From Escherichia phage vB_EcoP_LNA7, in the sequence record OM630586.1: 39,592 bases of DNA. One strand, written 5' to 3'. The notes under the pieces are model-generated. The model had not been told where the DNA came from. It made no database searches and saw only the letters and a program-made list of their open reading frames with translations. This document shows positions 9,322-19,492 of this stretch, in pieces (positions within the stretch are counted from its first letter, which is position 1; each line of letters begins with the position of its first letter). Made by a program: the position numbers and the translations under genes.

Positions 9322-9738
9322 ATGATGATTATAAGACCTACTAAAAGTACAGACTTTGAGGTATTCGCTCCTGCTCACCATGACATTCTTGAAGCTAAGG
9401 CTGCTGGTATTGAGCCGAGTTTCCCTGATGCTTCCGAGTGTGTCACGTTGAGCCTCTATGGGTTCCCTCTAGCCATAGGTGGCAACTGTGGGGACCAATG
9501 CTGGTTCGTTACGAGCGACCAAGTGTGGCGACTTAGTGGAAAAGCTAAGCGAGAGTTCCGTAAGTTAATCATGGAGTATCGCGATAAGATGCTTGAGAAG
9601 TATGATACTCTTTGGAATTACGTATGGGTAGGCAATACGTCCCACATTCGTTTCCTCAAGACTATCGGTGCGGTGTTCCATGAAGAGTACACACGAGACG
9701 GTCAATTCCAGTTATTTACAATCACGAAAGGAGGGTAA
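9322..9738 (+). CDS. 13: gene 13 internal virion protein A
   Basis: ORF track 138 aa, MMIIRPTKSTDFEVF... Confidence 0.9.
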   Translation: MMIIRPTKSTDFEVFAPAHHDILEAKAAGIEPSFPDASECVTLSLYGFPLAIGGNCGDQCWFVTSDQVWRLSGKAKREFRKLIMEYRDKMLEKYDTLWNYVWVGNTSHIRFLKTIGAVFHEEYTRDGQFQLFTITKGG

Positions 9739-9742
9739 CCAT

Positions 9743-10333
9743 ATGTGTTGGATGGCTGCAATTCCAATCGCATTGGCTGGTGCTCAGGCTATTAGCGGTC
9801 AGAACACTCAGGCCAAAATGATTGCCGCTCAGACCGCTGCTGGTCGTCGTCAAGCTATGGAAATCATGAAGCAGACGAACATCCAGAATGCTGACCTATC
9901 GCTGCAAGCTCGAAGTAAACTTGAGGAAGCATCCTCTGAGTTGACCTCACAGAACATGCAGAAGGTCCAAGCTATGGGGTCTATCCGAGCGGCTATCGGA
10001 GAGAGTATGCTCGAAGGTTCCTCAATGGACCGCATTAAGCGAGTCACAGAAGGACAGTTCATTCGGGAAGCCAATATGGTAACTGAGAATTATCGCCGTG
10101 ACTACCAAGCAATCTTCGCACAGCAACTTGGTGGTACTCAAAGTGCTGCAAGTCAGATTGACGAAATCTATAAGGGCGAACAGAAACAGAAGAGTAAGCT
10201 ACAGATGATTCTTGACCCACTGGCTATCATGGGGTCTTCCGCTGCGAGTGCTTACGCAGACGGTAAGTTCGACTCTAAGTCCACAACTAAGGCACCTATT
10301 GTTGCCGCTAAAGGAACCAAGACGGGGAGGTAA
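9743..10333 (+). CDS. 14: gene 14 internal core protein
   Basis: ORF 9668..10333 trimmed to ATG 9743 (MCWMAAIPIAL), SD aaggaggg; 196 aa as in T7. Confidence 0.9.
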   Translation: MCWMAAIPIALAGAQAISGQNTQAKMIAAQTAAGRRQAMEIMKQTNIQNADLSLQARSKLEEASSELTSQNMQKVQAMGSIRAAIGESMLEGSSMDRIKRVTEGQFIREANMVTENYRRDYQAIFAQQLGGTQSAASQIDEIYKGEQKQKSKLQMILDPLAIMGSSAASAYADGKFDSKSTTKAPIVAAKGTKTGR

Positions 10334-10339
10334 TGAACT

Positions 10340-12583
10340 ATGAGTAAAATTGAATCTGCCCTTCAAGCGGCACAACCGGGACTCTCTCGGTTACGTAGTG
10401 GCGCTGGTGGTATGGGCTATCGTGCAGCAACCACTCAGGCTGAGCAACCAAGGTCAAGCCTATTGGACACCATTGGTCGGTTCGCTAAGGCTGGTGCCGA
10501 TATGTATACCGCTAAGGAGCAACGAGCACGCGACCTAGCTGACGAACGCTCTAACGAGATTATCCGTAAGCTGACTCCTGAGCAGCGCCGAGAAGCTCTC
10601 AACAACGGGACCCTTCTGTATCAGGATGACCCATACGCTATGGAAGCACTGCGAGTCAAGACTGGTCGTAACGCTGCGTACCTTGTGGACGATGATGTTA
10701 TGCAGAAGGTCAAAGAGGGTGTCTTCCGTACCCGTGAAGAGATGGAAGAGTATCGCCATAGTCGTCTTCAAGAGGGCGCTAAGGCATACGCTGAGCAGTT
10801 TGGTATTGACCCTGAGGACGTTGATTATCAGCGCGGTTTCAACGGGGACATCACTGAGCGTAACATCTCACTGTATGGCGCACACGATAACTTCTTGAGC
10901 CAGCAAGCTCAGAAGGGTGCCATCATGAACAGTCGAGTGGAACTCAACGGTGTCCTTCAAGACCCTGATATGCTGCGCCGCCCAGACTCTGCTGACTTCT
11001 TTGAGAAGTACATCGACAATGGTCTGGTTACTGGGGCAATCCCCTCTGATGCTCAAGCCACTCAGCTTATAAGTCAAGCGTTCAGTGATGCTTCTAGCCG
11101 TGCTGGTGGTGCTGACTTCCTGATGAGAGTCGGTGACAAGAAGGTAACACTTAACGGGGCCACTACGACTTACCGAGAGTTAATGGGTGAAGAACAGTGG
11201 AATGCTCTCATGGTCACAGCACAACGTTCTCAGTTTGAGAATGACGCTAAGCTGAACGAGCAGTATCGCTTGAAGATTAACTCTGCGCTGAACCAAGAGG
11301 ACCCTCGTACTGCGTGGGAGATGCTTCAAGGTGTCAAGGCTGAACTCGATAAGATTCAACCTGATGAGCAGATGACACCGCAACGTGAGTGGCTAATCTC
11401 AGCACAGGAGCAAGTGCAGAATCAGATGAACGCATGGACGAAAGCACAGGCCAAGGCTCTGGATGACTCAATGAAGTCTATGAACAAACTTGACGTAATC
11501 GACAAGCAGTTCCAGAAGCGAATCAACGGTGAGTGGGTCTCAACGGACTTCAAGGACATGCCAACAAACGAGAACACTGGTGAGTTCAAACATAGCGATA
11601 TGGTTAACTACGCCAATAAGAAACTCGCTGAGATTGACAGTATGGATATTCCAGATGCTACCAAGGACGCCATGAAGTTGAAGTATCTTCAAGCGGACTC
11701 TAAGGACGGTGCATTCCGTACAGCAATCGGGACCATGGTAACAGACGCTGGTCAAGAGTGGTCTGCCGCTGTGATTAACGGTAAGTTACCGGACAATACC
11801 CCAGCTTTGGATGCTCTACGCAGAATCCGCAATGCTGACCCTCAGTTGATTGCCGCTCTGTATCCTGACCAAGCTGAGTTATTCCTGACGATGGACATGA
11901 TGGACAAGCAGGGCATTGACCCTCAGGTTATTCTTGACGCTGACCGACTGACTGTCAAGCGATCCAAAGAGCAACGCTTTGAGGACGATAAAGCATTTGA
12001 GTCTGCATTAAATGCGTCTAAGGCTCCTGAGATTGCCCGTATGCCAGCGTCACTGCGAGAATCTGCACGTAAGATTTATGACTCCGTTAAGTATCGCTCA
12101 GGGAACGAAAGCATGGCTATGGAGCAGATGACCAAGTTCCTTAAGGAATCTACCTACACGTTCACTGGTGACGATGTTGATGGTGATACCGTTGGTGTAA
12201 TTCCGAAGAACATGATGCAAGTCAACTCTGACCCGAAATCGTGGGAGCAAGGTCGTGATATTCTGGAGGAAGCACGTAAGGGAATCATTGCGAGCAACCC
12301 TTGGATAACCAACAAGCAACTGACCATGTATTCTCAAGGTGACTCCATTTACCTCATGGACACCACTGGTCAAGTCCGAGTCCGATACGACAAAGAGCTA
12401 CTCTCGAAGGTCTGGAGTGAGAACCAGAAGAAACTCGAAGAGAAAGCTCGTGAGAAGGCTCTGGCTGATGCGAACAAGCGAGCACCTATAGTTGCAGCAA
12501 CGAAAGCCCGTGAAGCTGCTGCTAAACGAGTAAGAGAGAAACGTAAACAGACTCCGAAGTTCATCTATGGACGTAAGGAGTAA
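10340..12583 (+). CDS. 15: gene 15 internal core protein
   Basis: ORF track 747 aa, same as T7 gp15. Confidence 0.95.
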   Translation: MSKIESALQAAQPGLSRLRSGAGGMGYRAATTQAEQPRSSLLDTIGRFAKAGADMYTAKEQRARDLADERSNEIIRKLTPEQRREALNNGTLLYQDDPYAMEALRVKTGRNAAYLVDDDVMQKVKEGVFRTREEMEEYRHSRLQEGAKAYAEQFGIDPEDVDYQRGFNGDITERNISLYGAHDNFLSQQAQKGAIMNSRVELNGVLQDPDMLRRPDSADFFEKYIDNGLVTGAIPSDAQATQLISQAFSDASSRAGGADFLMRVGDKKVTLNGATTTYRELMGEEQWNALMVTAQRSQFENDAKLNEQYRLKINSALNQEDPRTAWEMLQGVKAELDKIQPDEQMTPQREWLISAQEQVQNQMNAWTKAQAKALDDSMKSMNKLDVIDKQFQKRINGEWVSTDFKDMPTNENTGEFKHSDMVNYANKKLAEIDSMDIPDATKDAMKLKYLQADSKDGAFRTAIGTMVTDAGQEWSAAVINGKLPDNTPALDALRRIRNADPQLIAALYPDQAELFLTMDMMDKQGIDPQVILDADRLTVKRSKEQRFEDDKAFESALNASKAPEIARMPASLRESARKIYDSVKYRSGNESMAMEQMTKFLKESTYTFTGDDVDGDTVGVIPKNMMQVNSDPKSWEQGRDILEEARKGIIASNPWITNKQLTMYSQGDSIYLMDTTGQVRVRYDKELLSKVWSENQKKLEEKAREKALADANKRAPIVAATKAREAAAKRVREKRKQTPKFIYGRKE

Positions 12584-12609
12584 CTAAAGGCTACATAAGG
12601 AGGCCCTAA

Positions 12610-15600
12610 ATGGATAAGTACGATAAGAACGTACCAAGTGATTATGATGGTCTGTTCCAGAAGGCGGCTGATGCCACAGGGGTCTCTTATGACCTTTTAC
12701 GTAAAGTCGCTTGGACAGAATCACGATTTGTACCTACAGCTAAATCTAAGACTGGACCATTAGGTATGATGCAATTCACCAAGGCAACCGCTAAGGCCCT
12801 TGGTCTGCGAGTTACCGATGGTCCAGATGACGACCGACTGAACCCTGAGTTAGCCATCAATGCTGCCGCTAAGCACCTTGCAGGTCTGGTAGGTAAATTC
12901 GATGGTGATGAACTCAAAGCTGCCCTTGCGTACAACCAAGGCGAGGGACGCTTGGGTAATCCACAACTTGAGGCGTACTCTAAGGGAGACTTCGCATCCA
13001 TCTCTGAGGAGGGACGTAACTACATGCGTAACCTTCTGGATGTTGCTAAGTCGCCTATGGCTGGACAGTTGGAAACTTTTGGAGGTATCACCCCAAAGGG
13101 TAAAGGTATTCCGGCTGAGGTTGGACTAGCTGGTATTGGTCATAAGCAGAAGGTAACACAGGAACTTCCTGAGTCCACAAGTTTTGACGTTAAGGGTATC
13201 GAACAGGAGGCTCCGGCGAAACCATTCGCCAAGGACTTTTGGGAGACCCACGGAGAAACACTTGATGAGTACAACAATCGTTCAACCTTCTTCGGATTCA
13301 AAAATGCTGCCGAAGCTGAACTCTCCAACTCAGTCGCTGGGATGGCTTTCCGTGCTGGTCGTCTCGATAATGGTTTTGATGTGTTTAAAGACACCATTAC
13401 GCCGACTCGCTGGAACTCTCACATCTGGACTCCAGAGGAGTTAGAGAAGATTCGAACCGAGGTTAAGAACCCTGCGTATATCAATGTGGTAACTGGTGGT
13501 TCCCCTGAGAATCTTGACGACCTCATTAAGCTGGCTAACGAGAACTTTGAGAATGACTCCCGCGCTGCCGAAGCTGGCCTAGGTGCTAAACTGAGTGCTG
13601 GTATTATTGGCGCTGGTGTGGACCCTCTTAGCTATGTCCCCATGGTCGGTGTCACTGGTAAGGGCTTTAAGTTAATCAATAAGGCTCTTGTAGTTGGTGC
13701 CGAAAGTGCTGCACTGAACGTTGCATCCGAAGGTCTCCGTACCTCCGTAGCTGGTGGTGACGCAGATTATGCTGGTGCTGCTTTAGGTGGCTTTGTGTTT
13801 GGCGCTGGTATGTCTGCAATCAGCGATGCTGTAGCTGCTGGTCTGAAACGTAGCAAACCAGAAGCTGAGTTTGATAATGAGTTCATTGGTCCTATGATGC
13901 GGATGGAAGCCCGTGAGACAGCGCGGAACGCCAACTCTGCGGACCTCTCTCGGATGAACACTGAGAACATGAAGTTTGAAGGTGAACATAATGGTGTCCC
14001 TTATGAGGAATTACCAACCGAGAGAGGTGCCGTGGTGTTACACGATGGCTCCGTTCTAAGTGCAAGCAACCCAATCAACCCTAAGACTCTAAAAGAGTTC
14101 TCAGAGGTTGACCCTGAGAAGGCTGCGCGAGGAATCAAACTTGCTGGGTTCACCGAGATTGGCTTGAAGACCTTGGGGTCTGACGATGCTGACATTCGTA
14201 GAGTGGCTATTGACCTCGTTCGCTCTCCTACTGGTATGCAGTCTGGTGCCTCGGGTAAGTTCGGTGCAACAGCCTCTGACATCCATGAGAGGCTTCATGG
14301 TACTGACCAGCGTACTTACAATGACTTGTACAAAGCAATGTCTGACGCTATGAAAGACCCTGAGTTCTCTACTGGTGGAGCTAAGATGTCCCGTGAAGAA
14401 ACTCGCTACACTATCTACCGTAGAGCGGCACTAGCTATTGAGCGTCCAGAACTACAGAAGGCGCTCACTCCGTCTGAGAGAATCGTTATGGACATCATTA
14501 AGCGTCACTTTGACACCAAGCGTGAACTCATGGAGAATCCCGCAATCTTCGGTAATACGAAGGCTGTGAGTATCTTCCCTGAGAGTCGTCATAAGGGAAC
14601 CTACGTTCCTCACGTATACGACCGTCACGCCAAGGCGCTGATGATTCAACGCTACGGTGCTGAAGGCTTACAGGAAGGTATTGCTCGTTCGTGGATGAAC
14701 AGCTACGTCTCCAGACCTGAGGTCAAGGCCAGAGTCGATGAGATGCTTAAGGAAGTCCACGGGGTGAAGGAAGTAACACCTGAGATGGTAGAGAAGTACG
14801 CTATGGATAAGGCTTACGGTATCTCCCATTCAGACCAGTTCACCAACAGTTCCATAATCGAAGAGAACATTGAGGGCTTAGTAGGTATCGAGAACAACTC
14901 ATTCCTTGAGGCACGTAACTTGTTTGATTCGGACCTATCCATCACTATGCCAGACGGACAGCAATTCTCAGTGAACGACCTAAGGGACTTCGACATGTTC
15001 CGCATCATGCCAGCGTATGACCGCCGTATCAATGGTGACATCGCCATCATGGGGTCTACTGGTAAAACCACTAAGGAACTTAAGGAAGAGATTCTGGCTC
15101 TCAAAGCGAAAGCTGAGGGAGACGGTAAGAAGACTGGCGAGGTACATGCTCTTATGGATACCGTTAAGATTCTTACTGGTCGTGCTCGACGCAATCAGGA
15201 CACTGTGTGGGAAACCTCACTGCGTTCCATCAATGACCTAGGGTTCTTCGCTAAGAACGCCTATATGGGTGCTCAGAACATTACGGAGATTGCTGGGATG
15301 ATTGTAACTGGTAACGTGCGTGCTCTCAGTCACGGTATCCCAATTCTGCGTGATACCCTCTACAAGTCTAAACCAGTTTCCGCTAAGGAACTCAAGGAAC
15401 TCCATGCGTCTCTGTTCGGGAAGGAGGTTGACCAGTTGATTCGCCCTAAACGTGCTGACATTGTGCAGCGCCTAAGGGAAGCGACTGATACAGGACCTGC
15501 TGTGGCGAACATCGTAGGGACCTTGAAGTATTCAACACAGGAACTGGCTGCTCGCTCTCCGTGGACTAAGCTACTGAACGGAACCACTAACTACCTTCTG

Positions 15601-16566
15601 GATGCTGCGCGTCAAGGTATGCTTGGGGATGTTATTAGTGCCACCCTAACAGGTAAGACTACCCGCTGGGAGAAAGAAGGATTCCTTCGCGGTGCCTCCG
15701 TAACTCCTGAGCAGATGGCTGGCATCAAGTCTCTCATCAAGGAACATATGGTACGCGGTGAGGACGGTAAGTTTACCGTTAAGGACAAACAAGCGTTCTC
15801 TATGGACCCACGGGCTATGGACTTATGGCGACTGGCTGACAAGGTAGCTGATGAGGCAATGCTGCGGCCACATAAGGTGTCCTTACAGGATTCCCATGCG
15901 TTCGGAGCATTAGGTAAGATGGTTATGCAGTTTAAGTCTTTCACTATCAAGTCCCTTAACTCTAAGTTCCTGCGGACATTCTACGACGGATACAAGAACA
16001 ACCGAGCGATTGACGCTGCGCTGAGCATTATCACCTCTATGGGTCTCGCTGGTGGTTTCTATGCTATGGCTGCACACGTCAAAGCATACGCTCTGCCTAA
16101 GGAGAAACGTAAGGAGTACTTGGAGCGTGCATTAGACCCAACCATGATTGCCCACGCTGCGTTGTCTCGTAGTTCTCAATTGGGTGCTCCTTTGGCTATG
16201 GTTGACCTAGTTGGTGGTGCCTTAGGGTTCGAGTCCTCCAAGATGGCTCGCTCTACGATTCTACCTAAGGATACCACGAAGGAACGTGACCCAAACAAAC
16301 CGTACACCTCTAGAGAGGTAATGGGCGCTATGGGTTCAAACCTTCTGGAGCAGATGCCTTCGGCTGGCTTTGTGGCTAACGTTGGTGCTACCTTAATGAA
16401 TGCTGCTGGTGTGGTTAACTCACCTAACAAAGCAACCGAGCAGGACTTCATGACTGGCTTGATGAACTCTACCAAAGAGTTAGTTCCTAACGACCCTCTT
16501 ACTCAACAGCTTGTGGTTAAGATTTATGAGGCCAATGGTGTTAACTTGAGGGAGCGTCGGAAATAA
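12610..16566 (+). CDS. 16: gene 16 internal core protein with N-terminal lytic transglycosylase domain
   Basis: ORF track 1318 aa, same as T7 gp16; transglycosylase-like N-terminus (ESRF...GMMQF). Confidence 0.95.
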   Translation: MDKYDKNVPSDYDGLFQKAADATGVSYDLLRKVAWTESRFVPTAKSKTGPLGMMQFTKATAKALGLRVTDGPDDDRLNPELAINAAAKHLAGLVGKFDGDELKAALAYNQGEGRLGNPQLEAYSKGDFASISEEGRNYMRNLLDVAKSPMAGQLETFGGITPKGKGIPAEVGLAGIGHKQKVTQELPESTSFDVKGIEQEAPAKPFAKDFWETHGETLDEYNNRSTFFGFKNAAEAELSNSVAGMAFRAGRLDNGFDVFKDTITPTRWNSHIWTPEELEKIRTEVKNPAYINVVTGGSPENLDDLIKLANENFENDSRAAEAGLGAKLSAGIIGAGVDPLSYVPMVGVTGKGFKLINKALVVGAESAALNVASEGLRTSVAGGDADYAGAALGGFVFGAGMSAISDAVAAGLKRSKPEAEFDNEFIGPMMRMEARETARNANSADLSRMNTENMKFEGEHNGVPYEELPTERGAVVLHDGSVLSASNPINPKTLKEFSEVDPEKAARGIKLAGFTEIGLKTLGSDDADIRRVAIDLVRSPTGMQSGASGKFGATASDIHERLHGTDQRTYNDLYKAMSDAMKDPEFSTGGAKMSREETRYTIYRRAALAIERPELQKALTPSERIVMDIIKRHFDTKRELMENPAIFGNTKAVSIFPESRHKGTYVPHVYDRHAKALMIQRYGAEGLQEGIARSWMNSYVSRPEVKARVDEMLKEVHGVKEVTPEMVEKYAMDKAYGISHSDQFTNSSIIEENIEGLVGIENNSFLEARNLFDSDLSITMPDGQQFSVNDLRDFDMFRIMPAYDRRINGDIAIMGSTGKTTKELKEEILALKAKAEGDGKKTGEVHALMDTVKILTGRARRNQDTVWETSLRSINDLGFFAKNAYMGAQNITEIAGMIVTGNVRALSHGIPILRDTLYKSKPVSAKELKELHASLFGKEVDQLIRPKRADIVQRLREATDTGPAVANIVGTLKYSTQELAARSPWTKLLNGTTNYLLDAARQGMLGDVISATLTGKTTRWEKEGFLRGASVTPEQMAGIKSLIKEHMVRGEDGKFTVKDKQAFSMDPRAMDLWRLADKVADEAMLRPHKVSLQDSHAFGALGKMVMQFKSFTIKSLNSKFLRTFYDGYKNNRAIDAALSIITSMGLAGGFYAMAAHVKAYALPKEKRKEYLERALDPTMIAHAALSRSSQLGAPLAMVDLVGGALGFESSKMARSTILPKDTTKERDPNKPYTSREVMGAMGSNLLEQMPSAGFVANVGATLMNAAGVVNSPNKATEQDFMTGLMNSTKELVPNDPLTQQLVVKIYEANGVNLRERRK

Positions 16567-16586
16567 TACGACTCACTATAGGGAGA
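16564..16586 (+). promoter_or_regulatory. Phage RNAP class III promoter phi17 (overlaps the gene 16 stop)
   Basis: taatacgactcactatagggaga. Confidence 0.95.
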
Positions 16587-16638
16587 GGCGAAAGAATCTT
16601 CTCCCTGTAGTCTCTTAGATTTACTTTAAGGAGGTCAA

Positions 16639-18438
16639 ATGGCTAACGTAATTAAAACCGTTTTGACTTACCAGTTGGATGGCTCCAATCGTGATTTTAA
16701 TATCCCGTTTGAGTATCTAGCCCGTAAGTTTGTAGTAGTAACCCTTATTGGCGTAGACCGAAAGGTCCTTACGATTAATACAGACTACCGTTTTGCTACT
16801 CGTACTACCATCTCACTGACTAAGGCTTGGGGTCCGTCAGATGGCTACATTACCATCGAGTTACGTCGAGTAACCTCCACGACCGACAGATTGGTTGACT
16901 TTACGGACGGCTCAATCCTCCGTGCGTATGACCTTAACGTTGCTCAGATTCAAACGATGCATGTAGCGGAGGAGGCGCGTGACCTGACTGCTGATACCAT
17001 CGGTGTCAATAATGATGGTCACTTGGATGCCCGTGGTCGTCGAATTGTGAACCTAGCGAACGCCGTGGATGACCGTGACGCTGTTCCGTTTGGTCAACTA
17101 AAGACCATGAACCAGAACTCGTGGCAGGCTCGTAATGAGGCCCTACAGTTCCGCAATGAGGCTGAGACTTTCAGGAATCAAGCGGAGGGCTTTAAGAATG
17201 AGTCCGGTACTAATGCTGCTAATACGAAGCAGTGGCGAGATGAGGCTAATGGGTTCCGAGATGAAGCCGAGCAATTCAAGAATACGGCTGGTCAATATGC
17301 TACATCTGCTGGGAACTCTGCTACTGCTGCGCATCAATCTGAGGTAAACGCTGAGAACTCTGCCACAGCATCCGCTAACTCTGCCGAATTGGCAGAACAG
17401 CAAGCAGACCGGGCTAAGAGCGAGGCGGATAAGCTGGCGAATAATAATGCGTTCGCGGGGACGCTATACTCCATAACCCCAGATAGTCCTGCTGTAATAG
17501 GCTCAGGTACTGTTACATTCAAGTCGTCCTATGCGGTGAATGCTCCAATACTTAGGGCGACAAAAGGTGGCATGTCTCTGGGGAGCGATAGAGTTGATGG
17601 AGATGGTACCTCCACGTTCATCAACTTCTACAAAAACGCTGTAAACGCTGTAGGTAGTATTCAAGTAGGAGATGACGGCACATTCACCATAAATTCCAAC
17701 GGCTGGACGAAACTCGCTGGTAGCGTCACACAGGTGAACCAGCTGCGTTCTGGATACTCAGAGGTTACAGTAAACAACAACAATGTAGCCGTCCACGCCA
17801 GAGCAACAAATCTCAGTGGGGGTGAGGGTCAGACAAACGCAGTATATAACAGATACACGATTGTAGGCCGAGGGTCTAGCGTCTCAGGGGCAGAGGGAGC
17901 GCTAATGGATTTTGGCATACGAGAGGTAGTAGGTAACAGGTATGAGGCATATATGTGGGTAGCAGGCTTTGGTGGATCAGCCGTGTGGACATTTGGTAAT
18001 AATGGCACGTTCAACAGCCCAGCCGATATAGTAGCCAACGGGTCGTTAGTCGCTAATCACAGTCTACGTATTGGGACATGTACCCACGCTGCCGATGGCA
18101 ACATTTTTGGCTCTATCTGGGGTAACGATTGGTTAACCAATTACCTAAACAGGTCGTTTAAGAGGAAAACCAAAGGATGGACTTCGGTGTGGAATGGGAG
18201 AATAGGTGCCGGAGGTGTAGCATGGCTGACCCAAGATGTACGTTTTAGAACCATTTGGATACGCACAGCGGCCCAGCCTAATACGTGGACGCCAATTCAA
18301 CTTGGCCCGGATGGGACGTATATGGCGCGACCTGACCCTGGCTGGATTAGGTTCACACTTGCTAACAATGGTACATCCATAACCAACAACCAAGATGATA
18401 ACTCTGTTCCTATCGAGATTGTCGTAGAGAATGAGTAA
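16639..18438 (+). CDS. 17: gene 17 tail fibre; T7-like N-terminus, non-T7 C-terminal receptor-binding region
   Basis: ORF track 599 aa; first ~260 aa match T7 gp17 (MANVIKTVLTYQLDGSNRDF...), remainder differs and the protein is 46 aa longer than T7 (553 aa). Confidence 0.9.
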   Translation: MANVIKTVLTYQLDGSNRDFNIPFEYLARKFVVVTLIGVDRKVLTINTDYRFATRTTISLTKAWGPSDGYITIELRRVTSTTDRLVDFTDGSILRAYDLNVAQIQTMHVAEEARDLTADTIGVNNDGHLDARGRRIVNLANAVDDRDAVPFGQLKTMNQNSWQARNEALQFRNEAETFRNQAEGFKNESGTNAANTKQWRDEANGFRDEAEQFKNTAGQYATSAGNSATAAHQSEVNAENSATASANSAELAEQQADRAKSEADKLANNNAFAGTLYSITPDSPAVIGSGTVTFKSSYAVNAPILRATKGGMSLGSDRVDGDGTSTFINFYKNAVNAVGSIQVGDDGTFTINSNGWTKLAGSVTQVNQLRSGYSEVTVNNNNVAVHARATNLSGGEGQTNAVYNRYTIVGRGSSVSGAEGALMDFGIREVVGNRYEAYMWVAGFGGSAVWTFGNNGTFNSPADIVANGSLVANHSLRIGTCTHAADGNIFGSIWGNDWLTNYLNRSFKRKTKGWTSVWNGRIGAGGVAWLTQDVRFRTIWIRTAAQPNTWTPIQLGPDGTYMARPDPGWIRFTLANNGTSITNNQDDNSVPIEIVVENE

Positions 18439-18466
18439 TCATTAACGTAAACCTTAGGAGGACATT

Positions 18467-18670
18467 ATGTTAAGCCTAGACTTCAACAACGAAGTCATAA
18501 AGGCTGCTCCAATTGCAGGGGCGGTAGGTGCTGAGGTAGCATCCCGCCTCTTCTGGGGCCTCTCATTGAACGAGTGGTTCTATGTAGCAGCTATCGCCTA
18601 CACAGTGGTTCAGATTGGTGCCAAGGTAGTCGACAAGATAATTGACTGGAAGAAAGCCAATAAGGAGTGA
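18467..18670 (+). CDS. 17.5: gene 17.5 class II holin
   Basis: ORF track 67 aa, hydrophobic, same size as T7 gp17.5. Confidence 0.9.
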   Translation: MLSLDFNNEVIKAAPIAGAVGAEVASRLFWGLSLNEWFYVAAIAYTVVQIGAKVVDKIIDWKKANKE

Positions 18671-18675
18671 TGCAT

Positions 18676-18945
18676 ATGGAAAAGGATAAGAGCCTTATTA
18701 CGTTCTTAGAGATGTTGGACACTGCGATGGCTCAGCGTATGCTTGCTGATTTATCCAACGACGAGCGTCGGACTCCTCAACTCTACAACGCTATCAACAA
18801 ACTGTTAGACCGCCACAAGTTCCAGATTGGTAAGTTGCAGCCGGATGTTCACATCTTGGGCGGCCTTGCTGGTGCTCTTGAAGAGTACAAAGAGAAAGTC
18901 GGTGACAACGGTCTTACGGATGACGATATTTACACTTTACAGTGA
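18676..18945 (+). CDS. 18: gene 18 terminase small subunit
   Basis: ORF 18667..18945 trimmed to ATG 18676 (MEKDKSLITF), SD ggag 8 nt upstream; 89 aa as in T7. Confidence 0.85.
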   Translation: MEKDKSLITFLEMLDTAMAQRMLADLSNDERRTPQLYNAINKLLDRHKFQIGKLQPDVHILGGLAGALEEYKEKVGDNGLTDDDIYTLQ

Positions 18946-18990
18946 TATACTCAAGGTCCTACATATTGGGGCCTTTATGGATGTCATTGT
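18946..18990 (+). promoter_or_regulatory. RNase III processing hairpin R18.5
   Basis: tgatatactcaaggtcc ... ggggcctttatgga motif. Confidence 0.6.
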
Positions 18991-19039
18991 CTATACGAGA
19001 TGCTCCTACCGTGAAATCTGAAAGTTAACGGGAGGCATT

Positions 19040-19483
19040 ATGCTAGAATTTTTACGTAAGCTAATCCCTTGGGTTCTCGCTGGGGTGCTATTCGGATTGG
19101 GATGGCATCTAGGGTCAGACTCAATGGACGCTAAATGGAAACAGGAGGTACACAATGAGTACGTTAAGAGAGTTGAGGCTACGGCGAGCACTCAAAGAGC
19201 AATCGATGCGGTATCGGCTAAGTATCAAGAAGACATTGCCGCGCTGGAAGGGAGCACTGATAGGATTATTTCTGATTTGCGTAGCGACAATAAGCGGCTG
19301 CGCGTCAGAGTCAAAACTACCGGAACCTACGATGGTCAGTGTGGATTCGAGCCTGATGGTCGAGCCGAACTTGACGACCGAGATGCTAAGCGTATTCTCG
19401 CAGTGACCCAAAAGGGTGACGCATGGATTCGTGCGTTACAAGATACTATTCGTGAACTGCAACGTAAGCAGGAAATCAAGTAA
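19040..19483 (+). CDS. 18.5: gene 18.5 inner-membrane spanin (Rz-like)
   Basis: ORF track 147 aa, N-terminal TM segment, matches T7 gp18.5. Confidence 0.9.
   Translation: MLEFLRKLIPWVLAGVLFGLGWHLGSDSMDAKWKQEVHNEYVKRVEATASTQRAIDAVSAKYQEDIAALEGSTDRIISDLRSDNKRLRVRVKTTGTYDGQCGFEPDGRAELDDRDAKRILAVTQKGDAWIRALQDTIRELQRKQEIK
19155..19406 (+). CDS. 18.7: gene 18.7 outer-membrane lipoprotein spanin (Rz1-like), embedded in the +1 frame of 18.5
   Basis: ORF track 83 aa with lipobox-like LICVATISGC; embedded arrangement as in T7. Confidence 0.8.
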   Translation: MSTLRELRLRRALKEQSMRYRLSIKKTLPRWKGALIGLFLICVATISGCASESKLPEPTMVSVDSSLMVEPNLTTEMLSVFSQ

Positions 19484-19492
19484 GGAGGTACT

